64,000 nt of DNA from a bacterium (GTDB lineage: Bacteria > Electryoneota > Electryoneia > Electryoneales > Electryoneaceae): positions 2,208,001-2,272,000 of the forward strand of contig OY769902.1 in assembly GCA_963669175.1 (NCBI GenBank), given 5' to 3'. This document shows, piece by piece, positions 58,318-64,000 of the stretch (its first letter is position 1; each line of letters begins with the position of its first letter). A program made the translations under genes and the position numbers. Below the pieces are notes generated by a model. That model was not told where the DNA came from, ran no database searches, and worked only from the letters and a program-made list of their open reading frames with translations.

Positions 58318-59268
58318 TTACTTGAAACGTGCAACAGTTGTTTTGTACTCTTCCACCAATCTGGCAACGAGCTCAGTAGCAGAAGGCATGTCTTTAATCA
58401 GCCCAGCTCCTTGCCCGGCTTCCAATTGCCCTTCTTCCAGGTCACCCTCAAAAATGCCCAGACGTTCACGCTTGGATCCAAGCAGCTCCCGCAACTCTTC
58501 CGGTGAAGCGCCTTTCAGTTCAGCCGCTTGCACTCGTTCTGTCCAGGCATTTTTCAACATACGAGCCGGGCCTATTTGCCACAAGTTGTAAGTCGTCGAA
58601 GTGTCTGTCGCTTCAAGTATAGCTTTTTTGAAATCATTGTGGGCGCTTGATTCCAGTGTAGCAATGAATCGAGTGCCGATTTGAACGCCTGAAGCACCCA
58701 ATGCAAGCGCCGCCGCAATACCACGTCCGTCCGTAATTCCGCCTGCCGCGATAACCGGAATAGATACGGCATCAACGACCTGCGGTATCAGGGCCATGGT
58801 GGTCAGCATGTCCAGACCGTTATGACCGCCGGCTTCGAATCCCTCGGCGACAACAGCATCACATCCGGCGTCCTCAACCTTCTGAGCGAATTTTACACCG
58901 GGGACAACATGAACCACAACACGACCGGCGTCTTTGAGAACTTGGGTGAATTTCTTCGCGCTACCCGCTGAGGTGAAGACTACGGGAACTTCTTCATTTA
59001 GAACAACGTCCACAAGGTCATTGATATCTGCACGTAATAATGGCAGGTTCACCCCGAAAGGTTTTTTGGTAAGTGTGCGCGCTTTCCTGATATGGGATTT
59101 CAGGAGATCCGGCTTCATGGATCCGGCGCCGATCAATCCCAGGCCGCCACCCTCGGAAACCGCTGCGGCAAGTTTCGCCCCTGATACCCAGACCATCCCG
59201 CCCTGGACAATCGGAAACTCAATATGGAAAAGCTGTTGCAGCTGACCATCCGAAAAACGCATGTACAC
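58318..59268 (-). CDS. Nitronate monooxygenase / FabK-like enoyl-ACP reductase family flavoprotein
   Basis: PIVQGGM, PFGVNL, AEGFEAGGHNG, IAAGGI and VQIGTRF. Confidence 0.9.
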   Translation of the reverse strand: MYMRFSDGQLQQLFHIEFPIVQGGMVWVSGAKLAAAVSEGGGLGLIGAGSMKPDLLKSHIRKARTLTKKPFGVNLPLLRADINDLVDVVLNEEVPVVFTSAGSAKKFTQVLKDAGRVVVHVVPGVKFAQKVEDAGCDAVVAEGFEAGGHNGLDMLTTMALIPQVVDAVSIPVIAAGGITDGRGIAAALALGASGVQIGTRFIATLESSAHNDFKKAILEATDTSTTYNLWQIGPARMLKNAWTERVQAAELKGASPEELRELLGSKRERLGIFEGDLEEGQLEAGQGAGLIKDMPSATELVARLVEEYKTTVARFK

Positions 59269-59553
59269 CTCGCTCGTAAATTCTCGATGCCTGAGTACAT
59301 AATACGAATTCCAGATTGAAATTGCGTTACGGAAACATCAAATCCTACGATCTTCTGTCTAAGGAAACCGTAAAAGATAAATAATTGTAATTGTTACGGT
59401 TGCTTTTTTGCGAATTGGTACCGGGAGACGAAATAGAGGTCTTGTCTGATTATTTTACAGGAATTCTCCCCGCCTACCTTAGTTGTGTAGCAGGATCAGG
59501 AAAGCTGGATCGAGCTCAATGCTTGGCATCTCATACATACACGGAGGGGAGAG

Positions 59554-61512
59554 ATGAAACTGGGACAGAAAATCGGGATCGGTTTTGGAATAGTCTTGGT
59601 CATACTCACTGTTATGGTGGTACTATCGCATACGGCTTTTCAGCGCGCAAATGATGGCTTCATTGAATACCGGACGTTTGCACGTTTATCAAACGATGCC
59701 GGTCAGATTCGTGCGAACATGCTTGAAGGTCGTCTGGCGATAAAAAACATCGAAGTCTTCATTGCACAGAACGCCAGAAAAAATGTGCTTGATAAACAGT
59801 TTGAAGAGTTTTATTTCAGGTTTGATAATCTGGAAAAGTATCTTGAGGAAGGGATTCAACTATCTGAAATAACTGAACTAGACAATCAATACCGCGCCAT
59901 GTTATCAGATGCAGGGGCGTATAGAGCAGTTGTTGATGACATTCGTTCTATGACACGTGGGACTATCACTACGGCAGTAGTTGCTGAAATGCAGCAGATG
60001 ATCGTAGACAAATTGTACATCATCGGTCCCCGGATGGCTGACAGCATTGAAAAGATATCCCTGGATATTAAACAGGAAATGGATAAAATCGGGCCAGTAT
60101 TGCAGAAGGATAATGCTCGCGCCTCAATGATGAACCTGGTAATCGGGATTATTGCAATCGTGATCGGGATTATTGCCTCACTACTTATTTCACGTCTGAT
60201 CGTAAAGCCGATTAATGATCTGGTAGATGCTGCGGAGCAGATTGCTATTGGGGATTTGAGTCAAGAGGTGCATTCCAATACCAACGATGCAATCGGCAAC
60301 CTCACAAATTCCTTTGCCAATATGACAGCTTCTCTTCGAAATAAAGCAGATGCTGCCAGACAAATATCAGAAGGGTTGCTGAATATTACGCTCGAAGCTT
60401 CCAGCGAAAAGGATGTTCTCGGGAATTCCATGATCGCCATGAAGAACAACCTTTCAAATGTGATCCGTGAGATATCTGATACGGCAGATCTGCTGGCGTC
60501 TGCTTCAGAAGAATTCACTTCCATTTCAGCGCAGATGTCTTCCAATGCCGAAGAGACAGATTCGCAGGCAGCCAATGTTTCAGCCTCAGCAGAAGAGACC
60601 AGCAGTATTGTTGATAACATCGCGGCCATGACAGAAGAGATGACGGCTACTTTGAAGAATATTGCGATGAACGCAGACAGCAAATCCAGCGCTCTGGGTG
60701 ATGTTGTCCATTCCATTGAAGAGACGTCGAATGGTATCAACAATGTCGCCACTGCCATGGAGGAGATGACATCATCAATCAACGAAGTAGCCAAATCAAC
60801 TGCCGATGCCAGTCATATTGCCGATACTGCCAGTCGGAAAGGTCAGGAAGTACAGGGGCATATGACAACTCTGGACCAGGTTGTCAAGCAGGTATCCAAG
60901 ATTGTCGACACGATCAAGGATATTGCCGATCAGACCAACATGCTGGCCTTGAACGCAACCATAGAAGCGGCGGGCGCAGGCGAGGCAGGGAAGGGTTTTG
61001 CTGTTGTTGCCAATGAAGTAAAAGAGCTGGCGCGTCAAAGCGCGGAGGCGGCCGGCGACATCGGCAACCAGATCGAATCCATGTTGAGCAGCACAAAGGA
61101 AGTGGTCAATTCCGTTAATGGGATTTCGAGTGTGCTGGATGAAGTAGCCGGTATTAACCAATCCATTGCGGCGGCAATGACGCAACAAACTGCAACTGCA
61201 AACGAAGTGTCAAGAACGGTTGCTACTGTCGCCAGTTCAACCGGTAGTATAGCGCAACTATCCCGTGAGACCTCCACAGCGATTGTTGAGATTGCCAGCC
61301 ATGCCAATGAAGCTGCTACCACAGCCGATGAGTTGTCACGCAATGTCAGCGAGGCAACCGCGGCAGTGCGTGATATTGCACGCTCCATCGAAATGATCAG
61401 CACCGCTACCAGAGAAATCGTTGAGGGCGCTGCTTCGACGCACCAGTCGGCACAGGACCTTTCGCATCGCGCCTTGTCGCTGAAGGATATTGTAGGTAAG
61501 TTCACAGTGTAA
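59554..61512 (+). CDS. Methyl-accepting chemotaxis protein
   Basis: Two TM segments, a HAMP domain and [37 protein letters not shown]. Confidence 0.96.
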   Translation: MKLGQKIGIGFGIVLVILTVMVVLSHTAFQRANDGFIEYRTFARLSNDAGQIRANMLEGRLAIKNIEVFIAQNARKNVLDKQFEEFYFRFDNLEKYLEEGIQLSEITELDNQYRAMLSDAGAYRAVVDDIRSMTRGTITTAVVAEMQQMIVDKLYIIGPRMADSIEKISLDIKQEMDKIGPVLQKDNARASMMNLVIGIIAIVIGIIASLLISRLIVKPINDLVDAAEQIAIGDLSQEVHSNTNDAIGNLTNSFANMTASLRNKADAARQISEGLLNITLEASSEKDVLGNSMIAMKNNLSNVIREISDTADLLASASEEFTSISAQMSSNAEETDSQAANVSASAEETSSIVDNIAAMTEEMTATLKNIAMNADSKSSALGDVVHSIEETSNGINNVATAMEEMTSSINEVAKSTADASHIADTASRKGQEVQGHMTTLDQVVKQVSKIVDTIKDIADQTNMLALNATIEAAGAGEAGKGFAVVANEVKELARQSAEAAGDIGNQIESMLSSTKEVVNSVNGISSVLDEVAGINQSIAAAMTQQTATANEVSRTVATVASSTGSIAQLSRETSTAIVEIASHANEAATTADELSRNVSEATAAVRDIARSIEMISTATREIVEGAASTHQSAQDLSHRALSLKDIVGKFTV

Positions 61513-61536
61513 GTGATTCGTTGATAGCATGCACAT

Positions 61537-61610
61537 TACCCGCCGCGAGGCGGGTTTTTGTTGACCTGCCGGGAGCATAAAAAAAAGCCAGGCTTTCGCC
61601 CGGCTTTTTC
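61537..61610. terminator. Back-to-back terminators for convergent genes
   Basis: ACCCGCC...GGCGGGTTTTTG (+ strand) and AAAAAAAGCCAGGC...GCCCGGCTTTTT (- strand). Confidence 0.8.
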
Positions 61611-61720
61611 CGGTTGGTGGAGGATATCGCGGAATTGGAGGGAAGTTGGTGTTGGTGTTGGGTTGCTTGCTGACAATCCCGCTAGGATCTCCACGGAGTG
61701 TATATGAAGCGAAGTATCTC

Positions 61721-62080
61721 CTATCTATCTATTCTGTTATAATGAATTGGCACTTTGTCCTTCTGAATATGTGAAGGATCATCTGTTATAGGGCAACAGG
61801 GCTGAAAGGGAACAGGTGTCATCCATTCCACTGGAACAAATCCCCCGTCGGGATTGTGTGATACTCCGAGCAGAGTTGGATCACTACCACCGCCGCCATT
61901 AATGTCGGTAGGTGTCACATGACAACACGCTACAGGATGCACTATTGGTATGAAATTCGGTACGGTATACTGATCCTGCAAAAAACCATTGCAGCATGTC
62001 CTGGGGTGTGAACCTGCAAAAACAGAAGAAGCCAGTACAAGAACCAGAGCGGCAACAAGGGAAAATCGGATTGCTTTCAT
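61721..62080 (-). CDS. Small exported protein with three vicinal Cys-Cys motifs
   Basis: RBS GAGGAGG, signal peptide ending VFA, own sigma54 promoter and terminator. Confidence 0.75.
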   Translation of the reverse strand: MKAIRFSLVAALVLVLASSVFAGSHPRTCCNGFLQDQYTVPNFIPIVHPVACCHVTPTDINGGGGSDPTLLGVSHNPDGGFVPVEWMTPVPFQPCCPITDDPSHIQKDKVPIHYNRIDR

Positions 62081-62137
62081 GATGCATCCTCCTCGTTACG
62101 GTTGCGGCTCCATCAAATTCGGCTCGGATGGGTAAAT

Positions 62138-62154
62138 TGCAACGGCTGTGCCAG
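62138..62154 (-). promoter_or_regulatory. Sigma54 promoter for the Cys-Cys protein gene
   Basis: Minus strand CTGGCAC-AGCCG-TTGCA, a full match to TGGCAC-N5-TTGC. Confidence 0.8.
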
Positions 62155-62396
62155 AAAATATTTCGAGGAGTGAGAAGGATAGGGTTTTCTTCTACAAATC
62201 ATAGTGTGATTGAAGTTATGGCAAATTTTACCACCATCAGTACTAGGCAGTGTTGAAAATGGGAATGGTTTACCAGCCATATTGCTACAATAATTCTGAA
62301 ACTCGGGTAGCATAATGCTACGTTTCAGGGGTTGTGAATATGTAGAGACTGCTCAGAATTTTGAAATAGTATACGGATGCGAGTTGATTGTCAGCT

Positions 62397-62413
62397 CTGG
62401 CATCACGGTTGCA
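62397..62413 (+). promoter_or_regulatory. Sigma54 promoter for the beta-barrel gene
   Basis: CTGGCAT-CACGG-TTGCA, about 60 bp before the ATG at 62476. Confidence 0.75.
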
Positions 62414-62475
62414 CACGTTCTACATTGTGTTGATGGTAAGACGGGGTGCTAAGGGTTGTCCATAAGGAGGTAGTA

Positions 62476-63324
62476 ATGAAGAGTTTCGGTTGGCTCCTGG
62501 TGGTTATGCTTGTTGGTTTGACGATGTCCTTTTCTACGGGATACGCATTTGAGTTTGGTTTCGATATAGAAAAGATAAAAAACGCCGAGTGGGGTATTGA
62601 ACTTGGTGGAGTCTACCATTTTGGTCGGATGGATATGGGGGATGTCAAGTACGACCAGCGTGATTTGAACAACTATTGGGAAGAGTTGAGTGACGCCCTT
62701 GTCCAGGGCGGCTTGCCCCCGTTTTCTTTCTCTTCCGATTCGGACTTTGACAGAACTCCATTTCTGGATATCAGCTTTGGTATGTACTGGTGGCGTTTTC
62801 ATGGCGGTATGATGTATTCCAGGATTTACCAGGCTGGCAAATATGTACAGGCAGAAGTGTCTTCAGATTATTATTCAACACGACGGTATTACATTGTTGA
62901 AGCAGCGGCCAAGGAATACATCTTCTTCCTCGGATTTCATCAGCCGATTACATCCTGGCTGGAAGTAGGTATTTACGGCGGTATGGGGCCGTCATCGGCA
63001 GATATTCACCAGCGTTATGAAGAATCCTCTTCTACGGGTAGCATAGACAGCGATTACCGTTATGATCATTCTGCCAACAACGATTATATCGCAAAGCGTA
63101 TCTGGGGTAAGGTTCGTGTCAATGCCACCCCCTACATTTGCGTTGATGTGAATGTTGGTTATCGCCAGTCACAGGTGGAGAACTTCCGCGGAGTTTTGCT
63201 GGATGGCAGCAATACCGATTCCGATGCGCCCGTGGTGAAGATATATCATTCAAACCAGGAGCTGATCTTCGATTATTCCGGCATCTATTATGGCTTGGGT
63301 ATTACGCTGCAGAATCCGTTATAA
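62476..63324 (+). CDS. Probable outer membrane beta-barrel protein
   Basis: RBS TAAGGAGGT, signal peptide, aromatic-rich strands and FDYSGIYYGLGITL at the end, similar to the tail of the 41784 protein. Confidence 0.72.
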   Translation: MKSFGWLLVVMLVGLTMSFSTGYAFEFGFDIEKIKNAEWGIELGGVYHFGRMDMGDVKYDQRDLNNYWEELSDALVQGGLPPFSFSSDSDFDRTPFLDISFGMYWWRFHGGMMYSRIYQAGKYVQAEVSSDYYSTRRYYIVEAAAKEYIFFLGFHQPITSWLEVGIYGGMGPSSADIHQRYEESSSTGSIDSDYRYDHSANNDYIAKRIWGKVRVNATPYICVDVNVGYRQSQVENFRGVLLDGSNTDSDAPVVKIYHSNQELIFDYSGIYYGLGITLQNPL

Positions 63325-63327
63325 GCC

Positions 63328-63675
63328 ATGGTTTTCTACAAGCCGGAAAGTGCGCGTTTGATCGGCACGTTTCAATCTGAGATTGAAGCCCAGATGATTA
63401 AAGCAAAGTTGGAAGAGCAGGGTATTCCATCTTGGCTTTTTAAAGATGATGCCGGAAGTATGGGACCGCCGTTGCAGATGGTGCGCGGGGTGGAATTGTA
63501 TGTCGCACCAAGCGATCTGGAACTGGCTCACGAGATTCTTGAAGCTGTTGAAGAAGATGCAGATATGATGATCCCGATCGAGATGGAAACACCTGGAGGG
63601 GGCAACTGGGTTGTATGGATTTTGGTTATTTTTGCGATTGTTATTGTTGTATTGGGCTTATTGCACTATTATTAA
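63328..63675 (+). CDS. DUF2007-type protein with a C-terminal TM helix
   Basis: EAQMIKAKLEEQGIPS and GVELYVAPSDLELAHEIL. Confidence 0.82.
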   Translation: MVFYKPESARLIGTFQSEIEAQMIKAKLEEQGIPSWLFKDDAGSMGPPLQMVRGVELYVAPSDLELAHEILEAVEEDADMMIPIEMETPGGGNWVVWILVIFAIVIVVLGLLHYY

Positions 63676-64000
63676 GAGGGAGATGGTTCTTTTTCGAGAG
63701 CGTTGTTGAAACAGAAAGAGATCCAATATATGGTAAAGTTCAGAACGGATAATATTCGATTTTTGGGAAGGTGTACTGAGATAGACGCATGCTGGTAAAT
63801 AGCGGATCTTGAGGACTTATGTATCCCCTGTTGGTATAAAAGGGATACAATTATGGCAAAAGCGCCCTCCATGCATTCCACCAAGTGGGTTGATCTCTAT
63901 GTATTTGCGTAAGATTATGATTTAGCAGCAGATATTCTGATCGAACGTATCGTATAAAATCGAAAGCTCGCCTCAACAACGCTAAGGATTGCCTCGATTT

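Noticed and set aside
61615-61650. tRNA or tmRNA 3' end (TGGTGGAG on the + strand)
   Set aside because: No T-loop GTTCRA or cloverleaf can be built. No tRNA or rRNA was recognised anywhere in the window.

Overview
Bacterial chromosomal window of roughly mid GC content. E. coli-type TTGAC-N17-TANNNT promoters, Shine-Dalgarno RBSs and two secreted proteins ending in a PNPFN 'T9SS-like' sorting domain suggest an FCB-related lineage outside Bacteroidota (inference). Core content: trpS; an OPT transporter; putP; a siroheme/tetrapyrrole cluster (sirC-like, SIMPL, hemC, cobA-hemD); a dissimilatory sulfate-activation operon qmoA-qmoB-sat-aprB-aprA with no qmoC or hdrBC and a Rex-like operator; a GldAFG-like ABC system; glgC, deoC, glmM; a fixH plus DsbD_2-type pair; an MCP. 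The intergenic DNA is unusually rich in palindromic elements. The best candidate for an undescribed system lies right after aprA: a REP-associated tyrosine transposase (RAYT) with a six-copy 81-bp tandem GTGG-REP array in its leader and two AT-rich, co-oriented, apparently promoterless passenger genes (an FRG-domain protein and a small membrane protein), each bracketed by copies of the same REP, like an integron cassette array but next to a HUH enzyme. Other notable items: a 396-bp non-autonomous element with Tn5/IS50-like 19-bp ends and a 10-bp target duplication; a 135-bp tandem array; a 320-bp nested hairpin; three sigma54 promoters sharing a putative enhancer motif; a frameshifted serine-hydrolase fusion; and a probable ACG start for fixH. 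All calls come from reading the sequence; no database searches were run.
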